From an uncultured Bacteroidota bacterium (GTDB lineage: Bacteria; Bacteroidota; Bacteroidia; JABEUT01): 64,000 bases of DNA. The position numbers were made by a program, and so were the translations under genes. Below the pieces are notes generated by a model. That model was not told the origin of the DNA, ran no database searches, and saw only the letters and a program-made list of their open reading frames with translations. This document shows positions 49,211 through 59,520 of this stretch, piece by piece (within the stretch, counting starts at the first letter, position 1; every line of letters starts with the position of its first letter). The stretch lies in the NCBI GenBank assembly GCA_903916255.1, contig CAIWVW010000086.1, forward strand, positions 381 through 64,380, given 5' to 3'.

Positions 49211-51928
49211 ATGAAATTAAGGGTAGGAATTATTTTTGGAGGCTTTTCGCGGGAGCGGGAAGTCTCTTTTGCAGGCGGACGCACGGTGTATGATAACCTC
49301 GACAAATCGCTGTTTGATGCCATCCCTGTTTTTGTTGACAGCTTTGGCAATTTCGTTCTGCTCGATTGGAAATATATTTACAAAGGAAGTATCCGCGATT
49401 TTTATCCTCCGGTGGAATATCTGCCCAATTCTCCGAATAACTTTCAGGTCTATGCGGAGTCAGTGGTCAGTGGTCAGTCATCACTGGTTGGTGAAGGAAA
49501 GAACGTTGCGGTGGAAATGCTGGATAAAATCGGCACGCATGTTAAGGCGGAAGAATTAAAAAAACATATTGACTTTGCATTCCTTTGCCTGCATGGGGCA
49601 GGAGGGGAGGATGGCAGCATACAAGGGTTACTGGAGTATTTAAAAATTCCTTATTCCGGTTCGGGAATATTGTCCTCTGCATTGGGTATGGATAAAGCTT
49701 TGCAACGCCAATGGATGAAAAGTTACGGCTTTGCAACGCCCGATTATATTACGTTGAAAAGAACTGATATTTCAGATGCAAACCTTAAGAAAATACATAG
49801 TAGTTTTAAAAAGAAAATTGGCATCCCTTGTGTTATTAAACCTTCGCATCAAGGCTCTTCTATTGGTGCTACTGTACTAAGTAAAAGTGACTATGCCTCT
49901 TTTGAAAAAGCTGTTTACCGCAGTTTTTTCATGCAAAAGATTTCATTCGGCGAATGGAAATCATATAGCAAAGAACAGCAAATTCATTTTATTAGGGAAA
50001 TGTCCGATATCCGCGAGGGTATAGGTTTCCCATTAATACTAAAAAGCAAAAAGGAATCAATTGTAATTAATCATCCTGAGGAGCTTTTAACAAAAGTCAA
50101 CTCTATTTTCGGTAAATCAAAGGAGGATATTTTATTGGAAGCATTCGATGGAGAAAGCGAAGTGCTGATTGAACGGTTCCTCGACGGCAAAGAGTTTTCA
50201 TGTATTGTGATACAAGATGAAAACGGGAACCCTATTGCATTGCCGCCAACGGAAATCCGCAAGGGACAAAACATATTCGATTATCGTTCGAAATATTTAC
50301 CGGGCTTATCGCGGAAAATCACACCCATAGATTTACCTGAAAAGCAAATCATGTCCATATCCGAAAGTTGTTGCAAATTGTTTTCCGATATGCACTTTAA
50401 TGTATATGCCCGTATAGATGGTTTTATTTCGCCCAAAGGCAAAGTGTTTTTGAATGACCCGAATACCACTTCAGGTATGTTGCCGTCTTCTTTCTTCTTT
50501 CATCAGGCAGCGGAAATTGGGTTGAATCCATCCAAATTCCTGACTTTTATTATTCGTACCTCCATACAGCAACGGCTTATTTCTTCCATGTACTATCCGC
50601 CATTTGCGGCATTGTTAAAAACAATGGACGAATTGCTGGATAAACAAAAAAATGCGCTATCCTCCAAAAAGAAAATTGCCGTAATACTGGGTGGCTATTC
50701 TTCCGAAAGGCATATCTCCGTTGAGAGCGGACGGAACATTTATGAGAAACTGGCATCCTCAACAAAGTATGAACCTTTGCCTGTTTTTCTAAGTGGTAAC
50801 GCTGAAAGTTACAGCCTTTATACTATTCCGATTAATGTTTTGTTAAAGGATAATGCGGATGATATCCGCGACAAGATTTTGAATTATAAAATTCATCCAT
50901 TCATTAAAAAGATTCAGGAGAATTGTAAAGCAATTACCGGAAAGTATGCAACAGGCAAAGCATTGTTGCCACCGCGCAAACTAACCTATGCTCAATTAGC
51001 CAAAGAAGTGGATGGCGTGTTTATTGCGCTTCACGGCAGGCCTGGCGAGGATGGAACAGTTCAAAAAGAATTAGAAAAAGTAGGGTTGCCTTATAATGGT
51101 TCATCGGTAGCTACCTCTGCTATTACTATTAATAAATACGAAACCGACCGGATTCTGCGTGAAAATGGTTTGCTGGTGGCTGATGATATGATTATAAATA
51201 AAGAAGAGTGCAAAGACAAAACGAAAGTATATAATAACCTTGTAAAAAAACTCGGTTCCCCTTTTATTGCCAAGCCAATTGATGATGGCTGCAGTTCAGC
51301 CGTTCGGAAAATTTTATCGGCGGAAGAATTTGATGCATACACAAAACTTATTTTCCGTGATAAAGTAGAAAAGGATAAAAAGGCAACCGAACTATTACAG
51401 ATTCGTGCCAACGAGGAATTCCCGATTAAGAAGGCTTTTTTGGCGGAAGAACTAATCAGTAAAAAGGGTGCTTCCCGTTTTTTGGAAATAACAGGCGGAA
51501 TGCTGACACACTATACGCCGAAAGGAAAAGAATACGAAATTTTTGAAGCATCTGAGGCCTTATCAGAAGGTGCTGTATTATCACTGGAAGAAAAATTTTT
51601 AGCGGGTGAAGGACAAAATATAACTCCTGCACGTTATGCGGCCGACAATAAACTGAGGCAAAAAATATCGGATTCTGTAAAGGCTGAATTTTTGAAAGCA
51701 GCAAGACTTTTGAATATCGAGGGCTATGCCCGAATCGATGCTTTTGTTAGAATTTTTCCCGATGGAAAGTCTGAGGTAATATTTATTGAAGTAAATTCGC
51801 TTCCCGGAATGACCCCAGCCACATGCATATTTCACCAGACCGCCATTAACGGATATACTCCCTATCAGTTTATTGACAATATCCTGCAATATGGTTTTGA
51901 AAAACTAAAAAAGGCCAAACATGCTTAA
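49211..51928 (+). CDS. Tandem-duplicated D-alanine--D-alanine ligase-like protein (two Ddl/ATP-grasp modules in one polypeptide)
   Basis: Module 1 (aa about 1-470): KLRVGIIFGGFSREREVSFAGG, HGAGGEDGSIQGLLEYLKIPYSGSG, ATP-grasp fold. Module 2 (aa about 490-905): KKIAVILGGYSSERHISVESG, HGRPGEDGTVQKELEKVGLPYNGSS, C-terminal FIEVNSLPGMT. Start taken at the MKLRVG ATG; the ORF-track start 14 codons upstream is also possible. Confidence 0.7.
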   Translation: MKLRVGIIFGGFSREREVSFAGGRTVYDNLDKSLFDAIPVFVDSFGNFVLLDWKYIYKGSIRDFYPPVEYLPNSPNNFQVYAESVVSGQSSLVGEGKNVAVEMLDKIGTHVKAEELKKHIDFAFLCLHGAGGEDGSIQGLLEYLKIPYSGSGILSSALGMDKALQRQWMKSYGFATPDYITLKRTDISDANLKKIHSSFKKKIGIPCVIKPSHQGSSIGATVLSKSDYASFEKAVYRSFFMQKISFGEWKSYSKEQQIHFIREMSDIREGIGFPLILKSKKESIVINHPEELLTKVNSIFGKSKEDILLEAFDGESEVLIERFLDGKEFSCIVIQDENGNPIALPPTEIRKGQNIFDYRSKYLPGLSRKITPIDLPEKQIMSISESCCKLFSDMHFNVYARIDGFISPKGKVFLNDPNTTSGMLPSSFFFHQAAEIGLNPSKFLTFIIRTSIQQRLISSMYYPPFAALLKTMDELLDKQKNALSSKKKIAVILGGYSSERHISVESGRNIYEKLASSTKYEPLPVFLSGNAESYSLYTIPINVLLKDNADDIRDKILNYKIHPFIKKIQENCKAITGKYATGKALLPPRKLTYAQLAKEVDGVFIALHGRPGEDGTVQKELEKVGLPYNGSSVATSAITINKYETDRILRENGLLVADDMIINKEECKDKTKVYNNLVKKLGSPFIAKPIDDGCSSAVRKILSAEEFDAYTKLIFRDKVEKDKKATELLQIRANEEFPIKKAFLAEELISKKGASRFLEITGGMLTHYTPKGKEYEIFEASEALSEGAVLSLEEKFLAGEGQNITPARYAADNKLRQKISDSVKAEFLKAARLLNIEGYARIDAFVRIFPDGKSEVIFIEVNSLPGMTPATCIFHQTAINGYTPYQFIDNILQYGFEKLKKAKHA

Positions 51929-52487
51929 AAACCTTGGCGCTTTCTTAAAAAGCAAGACATTTTTCAAGCACTTACTATTGGCTATTTTAGTATGGGTTCT
52001 ATTTTTTGGTTGCGCAGTATATTACTTGTCTCATTATACCCGCCACGGTGAATTTATAGTGCTTCAAAACCTTACCAAAACCAAGGTTGCCTCTGCCGAA
52101 ACACTTCTGAAAAATGAGGAGCTTAATTATATAATTATTGATTCTGTATATGTAGAAGATTCTCCTCCGGGATTGGTAATCAACCAAAACCCATATCCCG
52201 GGGCGCACGTAAAAAAAGGGAGGAACATATATCTGTATGTAACATCTACATTACCGCCCTTGGTTGAAATGCCGAATCTGAAAGATAAATCGTTGCGGCA
52301 GGCGAAAAATTTGCTGGATAACGGAGGGCTTAAAGCCGGTGATATACAGTTTGTTATTGACCCATTACCGGGGTTTGTGCTGGAACAAACATACAAAGGC
52401 AAACAAATTGAACCGGGTACTAAAATTCCGAAGGGTTCGGTAATAAACATGAAGGTGGGCAAGGGTATTACCAATGATACCCTATAA
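51921..52487 (+). CDS. PASTA-domain membrane protein
   Basis: N-terminal transmembrane helix. Two PASTA-like units (LVINQNPYPGAHVKKGRNIYLYV; VLEQTYKGKQIEPGTKIPKGSVINMKVGKG). Overlaps the stop of the Ddl-like gene by 8 nt, so co-transcribed. Confidence 0.7.
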   Translation: MLKNLGAFLKSKTFFKHLLLAILVWVLFFGCAVYYLSHYTRHGEFIVLQNLTKTKVASAETLLKNEELNYIIIDSVYVEDSPPGLVINQNPYPGAHVKKGRNIYLYVTSTLPPLVEMPNLKDKSLRQAKNLLDNGGLKAGDIQFVIDPLPGFVLEQTYKGKQIEPGTKIPKGSVINMKVGKGITNDTL

Positions 52488-52617
52488 GCCAATACAATTT
52501 AATTGAAAATTAAGCGTTACATTAGCACTCCCGAATAAAGTTAACCGGATAGAATAACAGCTAAGAAGCAACAACATAAACATTTTGGATGGTATATAGT
52601 TACCTATTTTTTACGTT

Positions 52618-54558
52618 ATGAAATTCAGCAAAATTCTATTCTGCACATTCTTATTGGTACTTCGTTTCTCATTTCTTTCTGCCCAGGAAAGGTATGACCA
52701 CTTGGCTCCTTTAAAAACCAATCCTGTATTGGTTCAATATACAAAACAGGCTGAAAAAAACCATGGGTTTATCTGGCGAATTATTTCCGATTCGCTGATA
52801 GCTAAACTTCCTTTTTTGGATGATTTTTCACACGGAGGCCCATATCCCAATGATTCCTTATGGATGGATAATGCCGCCTATATCAATAACACATATCCTA
52901 TTTGCCCTCCAAACATTGGTGTTGCAACTTTGGATGGCTTAAACAATAAAGGACAACCCATTAATCCGAATTGTCCGCCCGGTGCATCGTATCCGGCCGA
53001 CACCCTTACTTCACGGCCATTTGATTTTTCGATGTATAAAGGTACCGATTCCATTTATTTTAGTTTTTACTTTCAGGCAGGTGGCAGGGGATATGCTCCT
53101 CTGACTTCCGACACATTAATGTTACAGTTCCGATGCGATAGTTTCCCTTGGACTACTATTTGGTACCATTTGGGCTATACCCCTGTTTTCCCGGATACCG
53201 GTTTTCATTTGGTTATGATACCGTTTGATGAAGATACTATCAACCACGTTCACTTTAATGCATTTAGGAAAGATTTTCAGTTCCGTTTTAAAAACTATGC
53301 CTGCACCTCTGCAAATGTCGACCAATGGAACATTGACCAGGTGTATATGAATAAAAACAGGTTTTATTTCGATACGGCTCATTTTGATGCGGCTTTCGTT
53401 TATGAATCCCCTTCTATCCTTGCAAATTATCAATATATGCCTTGGGAGCAGTTTACTGCCAATGACCTGGCTGATAGTATTCGGATTTATGAACGGAATA
53501 ATAACTACTCTCATTCAAGCCCGATAAACGTAACCTATTCCGATACTCTTATTGGCAGAACATACGCTTCCTCCGGTTATTATGGCGGGGCGTATGATAT
53601 ATATCCCTTTTTTGACAGCGGATATCAGGACTACAGGAAGCATATCTATCCCCAGATAAAATCTCATTTCAATTATGCCCCATTATCAGCACCCGATACA
53701 ATCACACTGACACATGTTCTTAAAGTATCCAACAATTTTGATAAATGGGATGATACCTTGCGATTCGACCAGATTTTTTCAGATTACTATGCATATGATG
53801 ATGGTACCGCAGAAGCCGCTTACTTTATAAACGGAACTGCTCCTATTTATTTGGCATACCAGTTTACCCTTAACAAACCCGATACCCTGCGTGGCTTGGA
53901 GATTTATTTCAATTATATATTTGTTGACCCGCATAACTATGCTATGCGCCTTGCTGTTTGGGATAATTCCGGCCCTGGCGGTTCTCCGGGAAAGATGATA
54001 CGTGAGGATGATTCTATTGTTTATCCGACTGTCTCCGATTCCCTGAATGGCTATACCTATTATCCATATAATTTTGTGCGTCCCGATACCGTGTTTGACG
54101 GAACATTTTATGTAGGCTGGGTGCAGACTTATGGCGACTCCCTTAATATTGGGTGGGATTATAATACCAACCATTCCGATAAGGTTTATTATAATGTAAA
54201 TGTATATCCGGGCGGATGGATGCCTGCCAGTTATGCAGGTTCTATGATGATGCGGCCCGTTTTTGGTAAATCAAATGGACACAGGCCGGTACTGAATGCA
54301 CCTTCTGTTGAAAAAACGACCTATGAACCCCTTTCCATTTATCCTAATCCCGCCACCAATTCGGTTACATTGAGTGTCTCAATGCCGGGCAATACTATCC
54401 TTAAAATATTTACTGCAGATGGCAGGGAATATTTGAGTAACAGTAACTTTTCAGGCAACAACATTGACACATCCACCCTGCCTGCCGGATTCTATATTAT
54501 AGAGGTTATTACCGAAGGCGGTAAAACCTATTATCAGAAGCTACTGATAGCGCGATAG
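52618..54558 (+). CDS. T9SS type A sorting-domain cargo protein, unknown function
   Basis: Signal peptide MKFSKILFCTFLLVLRFSFLSAQ. 646 aa. C-terminal SIYPNPATNSVTLSVSMPGNTILKIFTADGREY...GFYIIEVITEGGKTYYQKLLIAR. Confidence 0.7.
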   Translation: MKFSKILFCTFLLVLRFSFLSAQERYDHLAPLKTNPVLVQYTKQAEKNHGFIWRIISDSLIAKLPFLDDFSHGGPYPNDSLWMDNAAYINNTYPICPPNIGVATLDGLNNKGQPINPNCPPGASYPADTLTSRPFDFSMYKGTDSIYFSFYFQAGGRGYAPLTSDTLMLQFRCDSFPWTTIWYHLGYTPVFPDTGFHLVMIPFDEDTINHVHFNAFRKDFQFRFKNYACTSANVDQWNIDQVYMNKNRFYFDTAHFDAAFVYESPSILANYQYMPWEQFTANDLADSIRIYERNNNYSHSSPINVTYSDTLIGRTYASSGYYGGAYDIYPFFDSGYQDYRKHIYPQIKSHFNYAPLSAPDTITLTHVLKVSNNFDKWDDTLRFDQIFSDYYAYDDGTAEAAYFINGTAPIYLAYQFTLNKPDTLRGLEIYFNYIFVDPHNYAMRLAVWDNSGPGGSPGKMIREDDSIVYPTVSDSLNGYTYYPYNFVRPDTVFDGTFYVGWVQTYGDSLNIGWDYNTNHSDKVYYNVNVYPGGWMPASYAGSMMMRPVFGKSNGHRPVLNAPSVEKTTYEPLSIYPNPATNSVTLSVSMPGNTILKIFTADGREYLSNSNFSGNNIDTSTLPAGFYIIEVITEGGKTYYQKLLIAR

Positions 54559-54632
54559 TTCATAAAATTTATAAAGTTCATAAAGTCTGAAACTTGTTTT
54601 CCTTTTTAATTTATGAACTTTACAAACTTTAT
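54558..54632. repeat. A/T-rich palindromic array of GTTCATAAAGT / ACTTTACAAACTTTAT units (terminator-like)
   Basis: gttcataaaatttataaagttcataaagt...aatttatgaactttacaaactttatatac. Same unit family as the rpsO-pnp hairpin, the 62975 array and the 3' end of ORF 29655. Sits directly after a stop codon. Confidence 0.55.
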
Positions 54633-54707
54633 ATACTGATACTGCCATTTTTTCCATCTTGAACTTTGGAACGGTATTTGATAGGTATATAGTATAATAT
54701 CTATCGT

Positions 54708-57344
54708 ATGAATCTGAATAATTTTACATTAAAATCGCAGGAAGCCATACAGCAGGCGCAATTGATGGCTGTTGGAAATGGCAACCCTGCCATAGAAGCG
54801 GGCCATATTTTAAAGGGCATTTTAGAAGTGGACCAGAACGTAACGCCTTTCCTTTTTAAGAAGTTGAATATCAATATGCCTATTTTCAGGCAAGCGCTTG
54901 ACAAAATTGTGGAGCGTTACCCTAAAACAGGAGACAGCAATGCCGGTCAATATTTATCGAATGAGGCGCAGCAAGTAATAGCAAAAGCCACTAATTCCAT
55001 TAAAGAATTTAAGGACGAGTATGTATCTATCGAGCATCTGTTGCTGGGTATAATAACTACAAAAGATACCATTTCCCAGTTAATGAAAGACAATGGCATT
55101 ACAGAAGGAGACCTTAAAAAAGCAATTCTGGAATTAAGAAAAGGCAGCACTGTTACCAGTTCCGGACAGGAAGAGACGTATAATGCCCTTAGCAAATATG
55201 CTGTTGATTTAAACGCAATGGCGCAAAGCGGCAAACTGGACCCTGTTATCGGCAGGGATGAAGAAATCCGAAGGGTGCTGCAAATACTTTCTCGCCGCAC
55301 CAAGAACAACCCCATTTTAGTGGGAGAGCCGGGTGTGGGTAAAACTGCCATTGCCGAAGGGCTTGCATCGCGCATTATGAACGGCGATGTGCCGGAAAAT
55401 TTAAAAACCAAAAAGATTTTTGCCCTTGATATGGCTGCCCTTATTGCAGGCGCTAAATACAAAGGAGAGTTTGAAGAAAGATTAAAGGCAGTTGTAAAGG
55501 AAGTAACCTCATCGGATGAGGTGATTTTATTTATTGATGAAATACATACCCTTGTAGGGGCCGGTGGGGGCGAAGGCGCAATGGATGCAGCCAATATATT
55601 GAAACCCGCTTTGGCAAAAGGGCAGCTGCGTGCAATTGGTGCAACGACACTAAATGAATATCAAAAATATTTTGAAAAAGATAAAGCTTTGGAACGCCGC
55701 TTCCAAAAGGTGATGGTGGATGAACCAAGCGAAGAAGACGCTATTTCTATTCTGCGCGGCATAAAGGAAAAATACGAAAGCCACCACAAAGTTCGCATTA
55801 AAGATGAAGCTATTATTTCTGCCGTGGAGCTTTCTCAACGCTATATAAGCGACCGTTTTCTGCCCGATAAAGCCATCGACTTGATTGATGAAGCAGCTTC
55901 CAAATTGAGATTAGAAATAAATTCTGTTCCCGCAGATTTGGACGAGGCAGAAAGGAAAATCCGTCAATTGGAAATAGAACGTGAAGCCATTAAAAGGGAA
56001 AATGATAAGGATAAACTCAATCAGTTAAGCCGTGAAATTGCTGAATTAAGCGATAAGCGTTCCGACCTGAAAGCCCAATGGACATCGGAGAAGGAAGTGG
56101 TTAACTCCATTCATAAAATCCGAAAGGATATTGAAAACCTGAAACTTGAAGCCGAGCAGGCAGAGCGTGTAAGTGATTTTGGTAAGGTGGCTGAAATTCG
56201 CTACGGTAAAATAAAAGAAGCCGAAGAAAAATTGGCGGAGATGGAAAAAAAGTGGGATGTGATTAAAGCTCATGGTTCGCAAATGCTGAAAGAAGAAGTG
56301 GACAGCGAAGATATTGCCCGTGTGGTTTCGCGCTGGACTGGCATCCCTGTAAATAAAATGCTGCAAGGTGAAAAAGATAAATTACTGCAACTGGAAGATG
56401 AACTGCACAAGCGTGTAGTCGGCCAGAATGAAGCCATAGAAGCCGTTGCGGATGCTATACGCCGAAGCCGTGCGGGTTTGCAGGATACCAAGCGTCCGTT
56501 GGGTTCATTTATTTTTATGGGAACTACAGGCGTAGGTAAAACAGAAGTTGCCAAAGCGTTAGCTGATTATCTGTTTAACAGTGAACATAATATGATTCGC
56601 ATTGACATGAGCGAATACCAGGAAAAGCATAGTATTTCCCGCTTGATTGGCGCTCCTCCCGGATATGTGGGCTATGATGAAGGCGGACAATTGACGGAAG
56701 CCGTCAGGCGCAAACCTTATTCTGTTGTATTACTCGATGAGATTGAAAAAGCGCATCCGGATGTTTTTAATATTCTTTTACAGGTATTGGATGATGGAAG
56801 ACTAACGGATAGCAAAGGCCGTGTGGTAAATTTTAAAAATACCATTATCATAATGACTTCCAATATTGGCTCCAATATCATACAGGAGAATTACGAAAAG
56901 ATTACAAAAGCCAATAAAGAGAGTGTTTTTGAAGCTACAAAAGAACAGGTTTTTGAATTATTGCGGAGAACCCTTCGTCCTGAATTTCTGAACCGTATTG
57001 ATGAGGTTATCATGTTCACTCCGCTTACTAAAAAAGACATTAATGCAATTGTTAAGTTGCAGTTTGATGGAGTGGTGCGCAGATTGCAAGAAGAAAATAT
57101 ACGCTTGAGTGCAACCGACGAAGCTATTCAATGGTTGGCAGCAACCGGTTTTGACCCGTCATTTGGCGCAAGGCCGATAAAAAGATTAATCCAGAAAAAA
57201 GTGCTGAATGAACTTTCAAAAGAATTGCTTGCCGGAAAAATTGAACGCGACAGCGATATAGTAATGGATGTGTTTGATGATAATGTAGTATTTCGCAAAC
57301 CAATTGAAGCGGATAAAAGAAAAGCTGTAAGTTCTAAATTATAA
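54708..57344 (+). CDS. clpB: ATP-dependent chaperone ClpB (Hsp100 disaggregase)
   Basis: Two AAA+ modules with Walker A GEPGVGKT and GTTGVGKT. Long coiled-coil middle domain. N-domain repeats. 878 aa. Confidence 0.95.
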   Translation: MNLNNFTLKSQEAIQQAQLMAVGNGNPAIEAGHILKGILEVDQNVTPFLFKKLNINMPIFRQALDKIVERYPKTGDSNAGQYLSNEAQQVIAKATNSIKEFKDEYVSIEHLLLGIITTKDTISQLMKDNGITEGDLKKAILELRKGSTVTSSGQEETYNALSKYAVDLNAMAQSGKLDPVIGRDEEIRRVLQILSRRTKNNPILVGEPGVGKTAIAEGLASRIMNGDVPENLKTKKIFALDMAALIAGAKYKGEFEERLKAVVKEVTSSDEVILFIDEIHTLVGAGGGEGAMDAANILKPALAKGQLRAIGATTLNEYQKYFEKDKALERRFQKVMVDEPSEEDAISILRGIKEKYESHHKVRIKDEAIISAVELSQRYISDRFLPDKAIDLIDEAASKLRLEINSVPADLDEAERKIRQLEIEREAIKRENDKDKLNQLSREIAELSDKRSDLKAQWTSEKEVVNSIHKIRKDIENLKLEAEQAERVSDFGKVAEIRYGKIKEAEEKLAEMEKKWDVIKAHGSQMLKEEVDSEDIARVVSRWTGIPVNKMLQGEKDKLLQLEDELHKRVVGQNEAIEAVADAIRRSRAGLQDTKRPLGSFIFMGTTGVGKTEVAKALADYLFNSEHNMIRIDMSEYQEKHSISRLIGAPPGYVGYDEGGQLTEAVRRKPYSVVLLDEIEKAHPDVFNILLQVLDDGRLTDSKGRVVNFKNTIIIMTSNIGSNIIQENYEKITKANKESVFEATKEQVFELLRRTLRPEFLNRIDEVIMFTPLTKKDINAIVKLQFDGVVRRLQEENIRLSATDEAIQWLAATGFDPSFGARPIKRLIQKKVLNELSKELLAGKIERDSDIVMDVFDDNVVFRKPIEADKRKAVSSKL

Positions 57345-57356
57345 GGTATTTCGGAT

Positions 57357-58010
57357 TTAGAATTGTATTTGCCCGTCTTTCATCGTAATTTTCCGGTCGG
57401 CCATAGCCGCTAATTCTTCGTTGTGCGTGGCAATTACAAATGTTTGCGATAAAGTATCACGCAGGTGAAAAAACAATTTATGCAGTTCCCTCGCATTGGC
57501 AGAATCGAGGTTTCCGGATGGTTCATCAGCAAAAACAACCGATGGGTTGTTGATAAGCGCGCGGGCTACCGCTACCCGTTGTTGTTCACCACCCGATAAT
57601 TCTGAAGGTTTGTGTTCAAGCCTTTCTTTTAAACCGAGAAGGGTAAGTAAATCCTCTGCCCTTTTGCGGACTTCATTTGTCGGGGTTTTGGCAATAAAGC
57701 CGGGTATACATACATTCTCAATTGCAGTAAACTCGGGCAACAGGTAATGAAACTGAAATACAAACCCAATCTGTCTGTTTCGGAAACGAGATAGTTCTTT
57801 GTCCTTAAGTTTGTGTATTTGGATATTGTTTATCTCAATACTACCTTGGTCGGCACGGTCGAGGGTTCCCAATATTTGGAGCAAAGTAGTCTTTCCGGCT
57901 CCCGATGTACCTACAATAGATACAACTTCGCCTTTCTTAACCTCCAGGTCTATTCCTTTCAGTACATTCAATTTACCAAACGATTTTTGTATGCCTTTTG
58001 CAACTATCAT
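57357..58010 (-). CDS. ABC transporter ATP-binding protein, LolD/FtsE-like
   Basis: Walker [11 protein letters not shown]-loop, signature [15 protein letters not shown], Walker [13 protein letters not shown]-loop. 217 aa. No permease gene adjacent in the window. Confidence 0.85.
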   Translation of the reverse strand: MIVAKGIQKSFGKLNVLKGIDLEVKKGEVVSIVGTSGAGKTTLLQILGTLDRADQGSIEINNIQIHKLKDKELSRFRNRQIGFVFQFHYLLPEFTAIENVCIPGFIAKTPTNEVRKRAEDLLTLLGLKERLEHKPSELSGGEQQRVAVARALINNPSVVFADEPSGNLDSANARELHKLFFHLRDTLSQTFVIATHNEELAAMADRKITMKDGQIQF

Positions 58011-58175
58011 AGGACAAACGTAGTTAAAAAGCAGTTATCAGTTATCGGTAATGCATGATAACTGCAATTCCTCCTAAGTTTTCTTTTGAAAAAGGATAGA
58101 AAACTGCAAGTCACATAAGTAATGTTGTTTTTTCCGATTTTTTCATTACTATTGTAGATTAATAAAATTAAATCT

Positions 58176-59219
58176 ATGAAAAGAATAATTACTTGCAGCG
58201 ATGGAACCTGGGATAAACCGGAGATAGATAAGGAAGGGAGACTTATCCAATCGAATGTTCAGAAAATATTCCAGTTGATTGAAAAAACCGACCATGCAGG
58301 CAATACCCCGCAAATTAAGTTTTACGATGAAGGCGTAGGCTCGGAAGGCAGCGAAATAATAAAAATTATAGAGGGCGGCACAGGCCTTGGATTGGATGAA
58401 AAAATATTAGATGCTTATAAGTTTATAGTGTGGAATTTTGAACCCGGTGATGAACTTTATTTGTTTGGTTTTAGCCGCGGCGCATATACTGCCCGCAGCC
58501 TGGCAGGCTTAATAAGATGTTGTGGCATAGTAAAATCATACGACCTGATGTTAATTACCCAAGCCTTTTCAATATATCGCAACAGGGATACCAATACGGC
58601 CGACAGTGATGCAGCAGTTGCTTTTAAATCTAAAAACAGTTTTACAACTAACATCAAGTTTGTAGGTGTTTGGGATACGGTAGGTGCATTGGGTATTCCC
58701 GTTGGTGGAATCTTTTCCTTCCTCAACGACAAATACAAATTTCATGATGTAACCTTAAGCAGCACGATAGATAATGCTTTTCAGGCATTGGCAATTGATG
58801 AACACCGGAAACAATTTGCGCCCTCAGTTTGGGAGGAAAGCCCAAACAAAGCACAATATAACCCTAATCAGAAGCTTGAGCAGGTTTGGTTTGCAGGGGT
58901 ACATTGCGATGTGGGTGGCGGATACCCAGAAACAGGCCTAAGTGATATTGCACTGCAATGGATGATTGACAAAGCTACCGGTACAGGGCTTTCCATCAGG
59001 AAACCGGAAAACCTTGCACCGGATTATAAAGGCATGATGCATGATTCAAGCACCGGAGTATTTGAAATCGATAAACTGAGTCCTTATTTACGACCAATAA
59101 TTTTAGGGGATGAGGTTCATAAAGCAACCATGAGCCCCTCGGCTGTACAACGAATGAATGACCCAAGTTGTGGTTACAAGCCGAAGAATACGATTACGAA
59201 TGCGAATCCAGCATCTTAA
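58176..59219 (+). CDS. DUF2235-domain alpha/beta hydrolase (Tle1-like phospholipase-family fold), cytoplasmic
   Basis: N-terminus MKRIITCSDGTWDKPE.., FYDEGVGS, nucleophile elbow GFSRGA (GxSxG), VWFAGVHCDVGGGY. No signal peptide. Confidence 0.7.
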   Translation: MKRIITCSDGTWDKPEIDKEGRLIQSNVQKIFQLIEKTDHAGNTPQIKFYDEGVGSEGSEIIKIIEGGTGLGLDEKILDAYKFIVWNFEPGDELYLFGFSRGAYTARSLAGLIRCCGIVKSYDLMLITQAFSIYRNRDTNTADSDAAVAFKSKNSFTTNIKFVGVWDTVGALGIPVGGIFSFLNDKYKFHDVTLSSTIDNAFQALAIDEHRKQFAPSVWEESPNKAQYNPNQKLEQVWFAGVHCDVGGGYPETGLSDIALQWMIDKATGTGLSIRKPENLAPDYKGMMHDSSTGVFEIDKLSPYLRPIILGDEVHKATMSPSAVQRMNDPSCGYKPKNTITNANPAS

Positions 59220-59259
59220 AATCTATAATTTGTCTTATCTTTGTTGATATTGCAAGTAA

Positions 59260-59520
59260 ATGAAGCAGGGAAAGAATTATAAAAAAAGGTCACAGGAAAA
59301 CCAAATTAAAGAGCCGTCCGTGGCTTATCCGCCTTCTAATGGAAAAATACTCTCCGTTTTTAATTCTATTGAAGAAGCTGAAGAAGACAACTATAAGTGG
59401 CTGGCATCTCTAACGGGGGAACAACATTTAATAAATGCCGTGGCTCTTATCAAACGGATTTATGCAGAAGACCTGAAGAAGCATCCGAAGATTGGGAACA
59501 AATTAACTATTGTGAAATAA
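59260..59520 (+). CDS. Small hypothetical protein, first gene of an overlapped two-gene module
   Basis: 86-aa ORF whose TAA overlaps the ATG of the next gene (TAATG). Acidic patch SIEEAEEDNYKW. No motif recognised. Confidence 0.35.
   Translation: MKQGKNYKKRSQENQIKEPSVAYPPSNGKILSVFNSIEEAEEDNYKWLASLTGEQHLINAVALIKRIYAEDLKKHPKIGNKLTIVK

Noticed and set aside
54650-54707. Sigma-32-like heat-shock promoter (CTTGAA) upstream of clpB
   Set aside because: Only the -35-like hexamer matches and no CCCCATnT -10 is present. Bacteroidota are not known to use an RpoH-type consensus, so this is probably coincidence.
58176-59219. T6SS effector (Tle1) call for the DUF2235 protein
   Set aside because: No T6SS structural genes, PAAR, VgrG or Hcp, and no immunity lipoprotein in the window. 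The protein lacks secretion or delivery domains. Called only a DUF2235-fold hydrolase.
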